Part shown: positions 35,115-46,834 of the stretch, one piece after another | How the letters are laid out: every line of letters starts with the position of its first letter | Position numbering within the stretch: position 1 is the stretch's first letter | DNA from: Neodothiora populina | Lineage: Eukaryota | Reading direction: 5' to 3' | NCBI RefSeq assembly: GCF_041146345.1 | Contig: NW_027191417.1 | Location: 62,001 to 126,000, forward strand | Length of the DNA stretch: 64,000 nt | Made by a program: the position numbers and the translations under genes | The notes under the pieces: generated by a model | The model's input: the letters and a program-made list of their open reading frames with translations, nothing else | The model's database searches: none | Told to the model about the DNA's origin: nothing

Positions 35115-37157
35115 TCATAAACCAAAATTGATGCACTTGATGCCCCGCACCTGTGCGCATTCTATCCAATCGACTTCCTCCGCCAGACCCCCCGCAGCTT
35201 CGCGATCGGCTTGCTCCTGGACTATTATCCGGAGTAGTTGCAGGCTGCGAGACACGCTGCGACTGATACCAGTGCCCTCCATGGCCTGCAGCAGCTCCAT
35301 GGCGAGAGCTTTCTCGTGGGCCGACGTCGTGGCGAAGCCGGCGATGAACAATGCTGGGACCATGTGATGGTTGCCTTTGTCGTGGTTCGCGATTGCTCTT
35401 GACGCCATGGATAGTATCGAGGTGCAGTGGTGGGCGTCCTCGTGTCGGTAGCGAGCCGAGGCTAGTCTTTGGCCTGGATACATGCTCGTATGCAGGTAGA
35501 TGGCCATGGTTGAGTATTGCAGCTGTGCAAATTCAAAGGTCGACCGTGCTATCAGCGGTAGCTCCTTCCCCGTAGCGTGTGCGTCTGGCCGAAGCGAATG
35601 TGGGCATCTTTCCATCCATTCGTTGCGTAATCGCTCACAGAAGATGTCGACTTGGCCTTGACATATCGTCATTGCCATGGGGTTTTCGCGAACCTGTCGT
35701 CGCATGTTCAATGCCAGTTGGCTCTGCTCAGCAGAGATAGTGAATAGGTGAAGAACCAATCCGTGCACTGCCATGAAAGCTCCCGATGCGTTGACATGCG
35801 GCGTCTTCATCGGACTGCTTGGTGAGAGTGGCCACCGTGGTAAGGACCTACCATTCTCAAGATACGCTCGGACGTAAGACCCGGCCTCGACATTTCCAGC
35901 CAAGCATGATTGTATGTCTAGGAACAGAATATACCACGAGATGTAAGCTCGCATCCGGCTGACGACTTGACCGCGACGCGGTGTGTGGACTATTCGTGAT
36001 AGATGAGCTAGGTGCTGTGCCCACATTTTCCGGTCCTGTGGCCAATTTTGTGTGGCGCAGCAGATGTCGTAGAGAAGTAATAGAAAGTGTAAATAGAAGA
36101 ACTGATCGGAGTCGATATCTGTGTATGCAAGACAGGCTGAGATGGCTTGATCGTAATGTCGGAATGCTCCTGTCAAAAGGTCGGGCTGACCCTGAAGCGC
36201 TAATGTGAGCAAGACAATGGAGCAAATCGCATGGTAGAGAGGCCGGAAGTCTTTCGCCATTCCTATCACGACATCCTCGTTGCCGGCGCCTATATTCAGA
36301 TTGAATTTGGTGCCCAATGGTATGATACGTTTTAGTATTGAGTTCTTGTAAAGTACAAGATGCTTTTTATTGTCGGCGTCTCGCGTGCCGAAGTTGGTGA
36401 AATCTCTCTGTATCTCTGGGATATACGAAACCATGAACATAACGTTTGCTTTGCTAGCGTCCATGTACTGCTTGTTATCCGAGTTGATGGGCGTGATCTT
36501 CACAAAGGGTGTGTTCTCGAACTCAGATAGAATTATCACATCGGGATCGCCCTCGTCATGATCTTTGATCAGTCCGGAAGTCCTTGAAGCTTTCGAGTTT
36601 CGCCGTGACAATTCTTTGTGAGCAGCATACTCTGGTAGCCGCGAAAAACTTTCCGGCGTAAGCACCACATTGTAAGTTCCAGGTGCACGAGTCAACGCCT
36701 TTTGCTCTCTATATGAGTCATCGGGGAGAACAGCAAAGGGTGGTAGTGTGCCTGCATGTGCCGAAGCTGAATCATAAATGTCTAAACATTCCGAAGATTG
36801 TGGCGTGGCACGCTGCAACGAAGCGTCTTCGAGGACTTTGTACTTTCTTCGCACTCGTACGCTGTCGTCGTGGAACCTCCACTGGCGGCCCCATTCACAC
36901 TCTCTACGCAATCTGGTGCATGGTCCGCACCGCGGATGAGCTTCGTCGCATTTGACCTTGCGCTGTCGGCAAGTGCGGCAGCCCTCGTTAGATCGTAATC
37001 GAAAAGTCCTCGAATGCTGCGTTTCTGGAGTTGAGGAACCGCTATCTCTATCCCGGTCGCTTAATGATGATGCATGCTTGATACGGACATCACATCGTAG
37101 ATAAATTGGGGGACTCGAGAACCCAGCAGCCAAATTAGAATGATCTGCTTGACTCAT
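35115..37157 (-). CDS. Zn(II)2Cys6 transcription factor with a C-terminal fungal-specific TF domain
   Basis: GCRTCRQRKVKCDEAHPRCGPCTRLRRECEW in a 680-aa ORF; C-terminal VPALFIAGFA motif. The exact start is uncertain. Confidence 0.9.
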   Translation of the reverse strand: MSQADHSNLAAGFSSPPIYLRCDVRIKHASSLSDRDRDSGSSTPETQHSRTFRLRSNEGCRTCRQRKVKCDEAHPRCGPCTRLRRECEWGRQWRFHDDSVRVRRKYKVLEDASLQRATPQSSECLDIYDSASAHAGTLPPFAVLPDDSYREQKALTRAPGTYNVVLTPESFSRLPEYAAHKELSRRNSKASRTSGLIKDHDEGDPDVIILSEFENTPFVKITPINSDNKQYMDASKANVMFMVSYIPEIQRDFTNFGTRDADNKKHLVLYKNSILKRIIPLGTKFNLNIGAGNEDVVIGMAKDFRPLYHAICSIVLLTLALQGQPDLLTGAFRHYDQAISACLAYTDIDSDQFFYLHFLLLLYDICCATQNWPQDRKMWAQHLAHLSRIVHTPRRGQVVSRMRAYISWYILFLDIQSCLAGNVEAGSYVRAYLENGRSLPRWPLSPSSPMKTPHVNASGAFMAVHGLVLHLFTISAEQSQLALNMRRQVRENPMAMTICQGQVDIFCERLRNEWMERCPHSLRPDAHATGKELPLIARSTFEFAQLQYSTMAIYLHTSMYPGQRLASARYRHEDAHHCTSILSMASRAIANHDKGNHHMVPALFIAGFATTSAHEKALAMELLQAMEGTGISRSVSRSLQLLRIIVQEQADREAAGGLAEEVDWIECAQVRGIKCINFGL

Positions 37158-38421
37158 GCGAAGGGCTTAGCAGATGCCAGAATTGGTCAAGGTCCTTATT
37201 GTCTCTCTCGCGTTGGGACTTCGAAGCACGCGATATATACAGCTCCTGCTGCAGTGGAACGAACGTGCTTCCGAAAAGTTGTGGATATAGCCAGATTAGG
37301 TAGCCGTCCGGAGTTGGCAGCTGAGATGTTGGAATACCGGTGCAGGGGGTACACAGACTGTGTTGAACGTGTTCCAGCGACTTCCCAGAGCCAGGGAGCC
37401 GCAGAGATGAACGAGATGCAGAAGCGTCTGGGCCTTTGTGAATTATTCTTGGACGGACAGATACTCTCAACTCATGCAGTAGCAGTTTTCATTTGTCACG
37501 GATGCATTGCGATTGTTGAAGATCCAGCCGGATCATGGTCTGTGCTTGACTCAGCCGGTTGGATCTCTAACGCAATCGCCGACCAAGTGCGCCGTGTCTC
37601 GATAGCACCCCTCGTTATCCAGTTGTATTGCCAATCGCAATACAACCCGCATATGGGTTAGTACAAGCTGTTGATAGACAGCATGAGCCGCAGTACAAGC
37701 AGTTACTGTACATATGTCGATTGAGAATATGGCTCACGTTTCTTGTCATTTCTTCTTCGCTGTTTGCTGCAGCAATCCCTCCACAGGACAACCCCGTTGG
37801 TCCGTCCGGTATGACCCCAATCCAAATGATTCTTATAGGCAAACTCTCAGGGTTGGCACGACCATATTTCATCGCAAATGCCGCCACGGTATTAAATCTT
37901 GTAGGTTCGTATCAATACGGTACTTCGTGCAGGAAATTTCTACAGCGCTCTTTTTCATGCAGTAGTCAAGGTCCACAGGGTTACATGTAGTTTGCTCGCA
38001 CGAATTCAGGCATAATACCGTGAATGTCCCTAACGTCATCCTCGCCGACGTTTCCCCTGTTGGTCGTTCCATCGCCTCGTACCTTGGGTCGTTCTACTGT
38101 ATCAACAGTACATTATGGGATGGATGAAGCGACATTGTCTAGGTATCCTACCGAGGTTGAAGACTTCTCTTTCCTTCCAACGTGCGGGAGCTATAGCGCA
38201 ACTCGAGAGAACCTGCAGGACTTATTCTTTCGTGGCTGCCCAAACACAATTACCTTTGTTCTACTTATCCCCGGTCTCTATCAACTTCTGATTACAGTGC
38301 CCGAGCATCGTAATGACAGGGACCGGTCGCAAACGTCAAACGAAGTCAGGTCACAATACTAAGGTACAGTAGCTCATAGCGCGATTGTAAGGTACGCCAC
38401 CCCATCTCATACACGAATAGA

Positions 38422-38465
38422 GTTCGAAATTTTGGTGCCCCGTGTTCAAATTTCTGGTGCCCCGT
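38422..38465. repeat. 22-bp imperfect tandem duplication
   Basis: gttcgaaattttggtgccccgt / gttcaaatttctggtgccccgt. Confidence 0.75.
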
Positions 38466-39197
38466 GGGTTGCGCCGACACGTTGGAAGCTTTTTCCATTC
38501 TGTATCATCTTTGCTCTCTGACACTTTAAATGAGACAATGATTGGTTCAAAGAAGGGGACCAAAAGTGGAGAACAAGGCAAGGATGATGTGCATCACTGA
38601 CACTCACATATCTTCGACAAAAAAACAGGTAAGTACCTCACCTTGCCGGAATCAACGGCAAGTGCCCGCCAATTAGCGACGACCCTTGATTCATTGTGTC
38701 GGAGGTGAAAGTGGAAAGATACGGCAATAAGGGAGACATGCAGGGATTGAGAATCCTGTCGGGTCTGTATCAGACAAGGTTGAGAGCCGGGATCGGACTC
38801 AGGTCCGAATGGGATGGCATGTACAGTATTCTGGCCCCAGTCGCCACGTTGTTGAAGGGTTGAGATGCATCGAGGTCCATGGAGCAAGACTTTGGTCTGG
38901 GGGAAATGAGGAGGCGAAAGAAGCAGAATATGTGCGCTGTACAAGCACTGTTTGTTCAAGTGTTATCTTATCTTATCTCACCTATAGCAGTCTGGTCCGA
39001 ATCACATCTGTGACAGTCATGATACTTGTAGGCTTGGCATATGCATGAATCAATAGCACCCAGTAGAGCTTCCTAGCTCAGCTGCTCTATGCATGTATAC
39101 TATTGATTTCGCCACCGTCCAACCTATCACTTGCAAGCGGCCAATATACCATCGATGAACCTGGACAATCCTGTTTGAGTCATCGAGTCCCACAGTC

Positions 39198-40342
39198 ATG
39201 GCAGACACTCAGTGGGTGAACACCAAAGATCTTCCTGGCCAGCGTTCCGCACGGAAACGCAGCCTACCCATGCCTGACAGCATAAATGTTGCTACACAAG
39301 CCTCTCATAATAAACGGAGAAAGCCGTTGACGGGTAGACTGGGCGAAATTGTCAAAGGCCAACCAAAACCCGAACCAATGGGAGACAATTACATCGACTT
39401 AACTGGCGACGATGATCGTGGCGATGTCTATGCAGCCACCGCGAGTGGCAAGCACAAGACGCCAAAGCAAGTCAAAAGTGATGGCGAGGAGAAGAGGCTG
39501 AAGAGGTAAGCAGCGATCACTTTCCTTGTAAATGACAAAAACATATTGAAATTTCGGTAAGACACCGCGACAAATTACCTCAAGCAGCCTCTATCACCTT
39601 AGAGCGAGCCTTGACACAGCGCATGTACATCGTGGACCGGAAGCGCTATACCAGTATGCTACATTGTCCTCATAATACGCCAGACTGCCCGGAAGAGACA
39701 GTCGACCTGGCAGGCACGACAGGCAACGTCTATACAGTGACTATAACCCACGTGCCGAGATGCACGTGTCCGAACTTCCAAAAGGGGAACTCTCAGTGCA
39801 AGCACATACTCTATGTTCTGGTCAAAGTTCTCAAGGCTCCTGTCCATCTTCAATATCAGCTTGCATTTTTGACTTCTGAACTACGTGAGATCTTTGGACA
39901 CGCGGGCCCCATGCCTACAGAGACGGCATCGGCAAGCGACACCGACGGCAAGCGCAAACCCATCGAGGGCGACTGTCCTATTTGTGTCGAAGAAATAGAC
40001 TCCTCGGGAGGTGGAGAGGCAATCATCTGGTGTCGTGCTGCATGCGGCAACAATCTGCATAAGTCGTGTTTCGAGCAATGGGCGGCCAGTAGACGCGGGC
40101 ATGGCGACAAAATTACGTGTCCGTATTGCCGGACGGTATGGGCGGGGAGTATCGATGCACAAGCTGTGAAGAATCTTGATAAGTCCGGGGCAGTCAATGA
40201 GGACGGCTACGTCAACATTGCTGCTCAGCTGGGTATCACTGGACGTAGAGACTTCTCATCGTATAATCCATACTGGGTCAGGCAGCAGCGCAGGGCAGGG
40301 GTAGTTGATGAGGACCAAACTGGATATCTTGCGGAATACTAG
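39198..40342 (+). CDS. SWIM zinc finger plus RING finger protein, 2 exons, about 362 aa
   Basis: Exons 39198-39505 and 39562-40342. GTTGNVYTV, then CTCPNF..QCKHILYV (SWIM), then CPIC..WCRAACGNNLHKSCF..CPYCR (RING variant). Confidence 0.92.
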
Positions 40343-41478
40343 CGGAGGCGTTCAACGTAATGCGCTTATGACATGGCTGGCAGATGGAAATCGCCTATAA
40401 TACGAATGTATAAATCGACGGGAACACAATTGCGGTCTTCGTCACGGCTGTCTGTACATAGACAATGACGAAAATGGAGATGCCGCGACCGGAATAGCAG
40501 CGAAGAGTTAGAGTGACCGTGGTAATGGATTGGCGGATAGGTATAATGTCGATGACTTATTTTGTGCATTAGATTCGAGATAAGATCTTGTCTGGAATAG
40601 AGGTGCGACAGGTGAAAGAAGAAGCGTGTAGTCGGCACATTGGCAGACTACTGCATGAAGTGGGCTTGTTTCTTCTGTTTTCCTAGTCATCTCGCTTCGG
40701 TTGCTTACTGCTTGCGCAATTTGTATTGACAATCCTCGATACAGGTTAGAAGGTCACTTTCATACTTATCGTGGAACATGAAGGATGTCGTCTAAGTCCA
40801 TACCATAGTCAAGGATAACGTGATTCGTCATAGGTTCTGTATGATCTGTCCTTTTAGCTTCCATATTACCTATACCTTGCACTCATGGATGACACCGCCC
40901 AAATATACAGTAGCGTTCAGTCATCCGGCCACAGAATGGCAAATTATCAATATTCGCCGCTGTTCTTCTCTCTACAGCAATGATAGGTGATATAAGAAAG
41001 ACTTGTCACACTTTGAGATCTTCCTGCAATATTTAAAGTAACATATCATTGTCTTATATTTTCATCTTGCCCCTGACCAGAACACCCCCCTCCCCCCAGC
41101 AAGCATAACGTATATAAGAGCCTGTATCTCTCTGGTGTCTGCCTGTGCTGCCCCTTTAAATTCCACATTCACTTCATCTTGCATCTGCTGGCTAGTTCTT
41201 TCTGTCAGTCTAGTGACTCTAGGGGTTCCCTTCACTTTGTTTACTTACCCAAAGTGGTAATGGCACAATACATCCGTCATCTCTGGTCGTTCTACATCTC
41301 TCTTCTTCCTTCTCTTTTAATGAACATAATCTGCTTCATTCATCAACCATCGCTAAGCCATCGACCTCTCCGTTGCTTCAACTCTTCTTTGTCCTTGCTT
41401 GAGCTTTTTCACCCACTTCAGTCAACACCGCCCATTGTCACATAGCTTCCATATACCGATTTCTCACGTACTGTAAAG

Positions 41479-42763
41479 ATGGGTGAGTCTGCAGACAGCC
41501 ACTTCCTTCTTCTACGGAACTAATGAAGACTTGTTCTACAAAGGCAACGTGCCATCAAATCTCCTTCTACCACCGGTGGAAAATCCCGTAGACTCTCAGG
41601 TTACTGCTGCGGCACCAAGGAATCCATACATTGCAAACTACAATGAAACCACTCTTTATGGTGTCTATTTCCGCCGCACCAGAAGTAACCCTTATTACAA
41701 CTTCACGTTCCTGGAGCTCAGACAAATTGCTCAGCGCTACCGACTCAGCGACACCTCGGCCTTCTCGTATACACCAATCGGACTCTCCGAAGTGATCAAT
41801 CGATGCTATGTACTTGAGCACCCCCGCGTCTCTCTTAAAGTACGCGAACTGCAAGCAGAAGCCAGATCGCGTGGTCTGAAACTACCAAAATCAAGACTCA
41901 AGGCCGACATTATACTTATGCTCGAAAAGTCCGACTCCGATCCAGAGCGTCCTTTCCCCTTTTTGGACCTTCCATTCGAACTTAGAGTCCATGTCTACCG
42001 TTATCTCTTTCTCCAGGTCCACCCGTTTCGTCACGATCAGGCCTCCAAGACTCTGTACTCTTACTCTTCAGCTGGCTCGTCCGTTTATCCCGTTCGATCT
42101 GACCGATCCTCCACCTCACCCTATGGCAGAGGTCAAGCCCCAGACCTTGCGGAACCAGCTGTGACACGCGTTTCCCGCCAAGTGAGAGATGAGTCCCTTC
42201 CTGTGTTCTACCAGACCAGGCGTTTCCCTCTCTTCCACGTGCTCTTCTCAAGACAATTTAGTAATCCACCCACTCTATTCAACGGCATGGAAAACCTTGC
42301 CATATATACTTGGGTACCGCATTTGAGCAAGGACAAGGTCGCAAATCTTCGCGCATTCAACATCGTGGTTATGGTCGGCACACGCCGTCCCTACGAGACT
42401 TTCCTATACCTCGACATCGACCTGACACGTAACAATCAGAAATTTCCAAATGGGAAGAAGTACGAGTTGAGCTGGTGGACCTGTCTCTACGGCTCCGAAG
42501 TGCCCCACAAGAAACTCGTCGAGTTGGGACTACTGAATGCATTGCCCGCCAGAGACGGAGAAGGTGAACAGCTATTCGGCAACCAAAACGTCCCGGAAGT
42601 GCCTATCCTCCAGGATTTCATCGAGTGCCTCGAGCAGATCTGTGATGATGTATGCGGACATTCTTCATCTTCCTCTTCTGCAGCCCCCAGCGACAGCAGA
42701 AGTGTGCACATGGATGACGTGGTGGAGCTGATCAGACTTGCCGAGAACTTGGACATCAGATAG
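41479..42763 (+). CDS. Protein with SAP/HeH-like helices and an F-box-like motif, about 407 aa; micro-exon start
   Basis: Exon ATGG 41479-41482, intron 41483-41543 (GTGAGT..ACTAAT..AAG), giving MGNVPS. LKVRELQAEARSRGLK..LKADIILMLE is SAP-like; FPFLDLPFELRVHVYRYLF and PAVTRVSRQVRDESLPVFY are F-box-like. Confidence 0.8.
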
Positions 42764-43584
42764 ACCCGACACTTTCCAGAGCCGCCCCTTGATACATCGA
42801 AAGTCACCCGTCGTTGGGTTTGCATACAGCGCAGGAAGATATGAGGACGAACAGAATTGTCTACACAACTGGGGTTTGCAGAGGGAGGATGTGACACAGA
42901 GCGTGGCGAAGGATTGTTCCATGGTTTTTTTTACTTTCTATCTTTCATTTGTTTCGTTGTCAGATGTGTTGAGTAATACATGCCATGCTCTGAGATAAGG
43001 CGCGGATGCTGATGCATTATTGGGATTCTGGCACTCCCGCATTAGCTGCTGCATTTGCAGCAGGAACGAGTCTCGTTACACACGCCTACTCCTTCCGAGT
43101 ACAATGCAAATTTATCAGTTTTTCCTACACGGCTTGACTTTGAGGATATGGTCTTGTTCTCTCGTTTTCGTGCTGGCCAGAATTGCAATGCTGCCTTTGG
43201 CTCGTCTTCGTTTGGTTCTTCTGAAGTTTCCCTTTCTTTTCGTGTGGATAGCGGTCGATGGCTGCTCATATATCAAAGTGCACCGTATTGGCATCGCATT
43301 GTCGCAAACTGGTTTCTTACAGCACATTGATCCCCGTAAGTTACACGTTTCGTAGCCGCCATCTGGTGGTGAGCAGAGATGTCCGTGGGCGAGAAGGTAC
43401 TTGACTGGCGGCGATATATCTTCGAAGCTTGGAGGCAAGGAAAAAAGTGTATGTGCATTAAAGATTCAAGTAGAATCTTTCGGAAGAAGACCTATCTCTA
43501 CTCACCAAACTCATATGCTGCTTTTTATTCTGTAGGCTCCTTCAGCTTCATCCCAATATTTTGTGACAAGAAAGATATATAGTA

Positions 43585-45885
43585 CTACAGATGCCCAGGT
43601 AATTTCAGCTTGTCCGGCCCATCTTCATCGTCGTCATCATCGTCGTCTTCTTCATCAGCGTCTAATGCCGAGGCGTCATCGTCGTCTTCATCTTCGTCCG
43701 ACTCACTATCCTCGCTGTCTTCGTCGTCGTCTTCATCGTCGTCATCGCCATCTTCCCCGTACGCATTGACTTCGTCGTCGTCGCTGGTCCATACCCTCAA
43801 GAACCCTCTTTCGGACCGCCAAAAATTCTCATGCCCAGCTTTCGGACTTGTCTCGCCTGATTTCTGCCGTGGCGTCTGGTCTCCATCGTCAGGACTTCCT
43901 TTGCGTTCGTCGTCGGTTGCGGCGGCGGCGCTGCCAGCGGTACTTTCGGCGACCGCGACATTGGCTGGTCCTTCTGCAGCCGCTGCTCGAGTCTGCGAAT
44001 CAGATCGCAGATCCAATCCGTCAATGTAGTAACGCATGGGACTCAGACTACGACCAAGCCGCATGACCATCTCATAGGGCACGCCTCCGAACATCTCGCT
44101 TGCGGAGGCTGAGAGGGCACGGTCTGGACGCAGGAGACCGGCGGCGGCAGCGCCGGCGTATGATGGGTAGGAGGGCAGGTTGCTACCTTCTTCTTGGGAC
44201 GCACGCAGGAAATAGCTGCGACTTGCGGGTTGCGTGGGATCGTGATGATGGATCCACTCGAAAGTTTGCTGCTGCCCATGCTGGTCGCTTTGATCATGTT
44301 CGTGCGTGTGGTGCGAGTTGTTTCCACAACCACATGCGCTGTCTACCCTATGTTGCTCGTCCTGACCATGCTGTGTTGCGTCTGCTCCTTGATCGTTCAC
44401 CAAAAGTGTGATTTGTTCGGGCCCCAAGCCAGCGGCGCCACTATCATTACTTCCGTCGCCAAAACTGCGGATTGCCTCAACGCCGGTAAAGTCGTGTTGA
44501 CGTTGCGTGTGATATGTCTCTCGTACTGCATTGAGAGCAGGCGTCGAGGCATTGCCGAGTGGTGTAGTCTGCGTAGTGTTGTAGCCATCACATACAGTAC
44601 AGCGCAGACCAAGCCAGTGGAAGGGCGTCCAACCTCGACCTCCACAGTCATTGCAGCTCACCCAGACCTTGCGGGGTACATGGCGTCGGCTTGGTGCAGA
44701 TGACTGTGCTGTTTCCGGCGCAGCAGGCACCCCTGAACTAGATGTGGTCTGGTCTTCCTGGCGAAATTGATCGGTGGATTCTGATGACTCCGCTGATTCT
44801 GCTGGTCCGGCAGAATTTGGACGAGAAGGTGGCGGAGACGCCGATAGAGGCTCAAAGTCTTCCTCTGGCATCGGTTGGAGTCTGATCTCGTCGTCAAGTT
44901 TCCTCCATTGCAGCTCCATGTTGACGGCGCTCTTATTGCAGACAGGGCAGCGATAGGTGACCGTCATGAGGTCCTTGTAACAGGTCGCATGCATATAATG
45001 ACCACATAGCAGGCTAACGACGGGCTGTGGAGAGGAGAATAGATATTCCAGACATAAGGGGCAGTCACAGTCCGTAGCACGCTCAATACACGGGTGAGCG
45101 CTGGACGTCGATATCGATATGCACACGTTGCATCGTTTGCAATGCACGTAATCTTTACCCAAGCCTTCTCCTCGGCGACAGATACCGCAGTCATCGCAAT
45201 GGTAAATCCGTTTCGTGCTGTCATTATCCCAGAGTTTGCATTTAGGGCAATAGTAATATGCAGTTTCGGCACCACAAGACATGCACTCCTCGCCAGCGGG
45301 TTGTGGGGTTTTGCATAACATGCACAGCATATTCTCTGTCATCTTTCTGTTTAACTGATGGGCAAATGGTAGCTTCGTAGAAGTGTCGTGGCAGTGACGA
45401 CAAGGGAACCATAGCTTGCAGTCATAGCACTGCACCTTGACGTTTCGGGTATAATGTTGACAACCCAATGCGCGGCGCTCACCCCCTTCTTCAGGCATAT
45501 CCTCCTCGTCACAAAGTGGTACTAATCCAGGACAATAAGTTGGTTCCAAGTCGACAGGATGGACGTTGTAAGGATTGTCTGACGGATCTGAGCTCCGAGT
45601 ATCTCGAAGTCGAAAAACGGACCGGTTGTTGTCATCTTCGCCGTCGTCGATTCTGACGGGAAGGTGCGTCTCGTGTAAGTTACGGTAATCGCGCGTCATG
45701 AGAAGGTGCATCTTTCTTGCTTTCTCTTCCGTCGAGATTGCCAGGCCCTGAATCTCCCGCATTGATTGTCGCAAGGACTCCATGCCATCGTCAGCAGGCA
45801 AGGCCGGAGACCTGGGCGGCGACACATTGTGTGTTTCCTCGATCAATCGATGTGGCAATGCCAAACTACTATCTGGTTGTGCCAT
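43585..45885 (-). CDS. CHY zinc finger/RING E3 ligase (Pirh2/RCHY1-like) with an acidic tail, 766 aa
   Basis: GCQHYTRNVKVQC..CRHCHD (CHY); YHCDDCGICRRG (CTCHY); CPLCLEYL..CGHYMH..CPVC (RING-H2); CNDC..FHWLGLRCTVCDGYNT (zinc ribbon); D/E-rich C-terminus. Confidence 0.93.
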   Translation of the reverse strand: MAQPDSSLALPHRLIEETHNVSPPRSPALPADDGMESLRQSMREIQGLAISTEEKARKMHLLMTRDYRNLHETHLPVRIDDGEDDNNRSVFRLRDTRSSDPSDNPYNVHPVDLEPTYCPGLVPLCDEEDMPEEGGERRALGCQHYTRNVKVQCYDCKLWFPCRHCHDTSTKLPFAHQLNRKMTENMLCMLCKTPQPAGEECMSCGAETAYYYCPKCKLWDNDSTKRIYHCDDCGICRRGEGLGKDYVHCKRCNVCISISTSSAHPCIERATDCDCPLCLEYLFSSPQPVVSLLCGHYMHATCYKDLMTVTYRCPVCNKSAVNMELQWRKLDDEIRLQPMPEEDFEPLSASPPPSRPNSAGPAESAESSESTDQFRQEDQTTSSSGVPAAPETAQSSAPSRRHVPRKVWVSCNDCGGRGWTPFHWLGLRCTVCDGYNTTQTTPLGNASTPALNAVRETYHTQRQHDFTGVEAIRSFGDGSNDSGAAGLGPEQITLLVNDQGADATQHGQDEQHRVDSACGCGNNSHHTHEHDQSDQHGQQQTFEWIHHHDPTQPASRSYFLRASQEEGSNLPSYPSYAGAAAAGLLRPDRALSASASEMFGGVPYEMVMRLGRSLSPMRYYIDGLDLRSDSQTRAAAAEGPANVAVAESTAGSAAAATDDERKGSPDDGDQTPRQKSGETSPKAGHENFWRSERGFLRVWTSDDDEVNAYGEDGDDDDEDDDEDSEDSESDEDEDDDDASALDADEEDDDDDDDEDGPDKLKLPGHL

Positions 45886-46834
45886 CCTTTGTTTTATCTT
45901 TCAACCCCAACCCACACCAGAACTATCAAGTCTCTTTTATGTTATTGCCACATGTAGCGGTGTGTGATGTAGAAGCGAAACTCCGAGATTTACGGTGTGT
46001 TAGGAAGAGATCGAGGAGATGAAGGCGGGCAGCAGTATTGCGAGGATAGAAGACGTGAGATCGAGATGCAAGATGACTTCGTTTGGCCCCCAAAAGAGAC
46101 GCTCTATAACCACTATACCTTTGTTTTTTTTCTGGCCTGTTTCCGAACTTTCCACTGTTAGACCCTAGAGTCACAAGATCAATTACCATGCAAGGCACAC
46201 GATATGCAGGCAGAGCCGGGATCGCTGGATCTTTTGCTTGTATCTGCTGCTTCGCCTCCAATCGTACGACACCACACGACATACGCACAACCCACAACCT
46301 ACATCCACAGCCTTCCTTCCTCATCCCTGGGGCGCCTTCCCACCGCACTTCCGTCATCGTCTGCACGTGCAAAGCCGAGCTGGCTGACATGTGATACTTG
46401 GCGTTAGAAGACTTGGCACGTCTTTCACGTCCCGGATATCGCCTACCACTCGAATGCATGCTATGGTATATGTACGCGAGCGAACACAATGCCTTTAGAG
46501 ATATATTTCACGATTGGGGCGAAACTTGAGCGCCGCAGCCATATAAGAGCTCTTTGTTACAGATTAGCTTGTCACAAGCCTTGCGGCCGCAGAGACAGAC
46601 AGTGTGGCGAGAAGTGCCGAGCCGGCTTTGTGAACTAATTATTCTATATAACCTATATACAACAGCAAAACAGCTCTCTCGCAAGAAACCAGTCATTGCG
46701 ATCTTTCCACTGATATGGGATCCTTTCATCATACTTAATCCGAATCCACTAACATCCTCGGCTTTGCATTACACCTAAAATTGTATCCTTCCCGCAGCAT
46801 TATTCCTCGAGTCTACATTGCACAAAACGCCCGA

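Noticed and set aside
32498..37157. Secondary-metabolite cluster (ABC + esterase + Zn2Cys6)
   Set aside because: There is no PKS, NRPS, terpene synthase or tailoring oxidase in the window; adjacency alone is insufficient.
38422..38465. tRNA gene around GTTCGAA
   Set aside because: No A-box or cloverleaf was found; it is a 22-bp local duplication.
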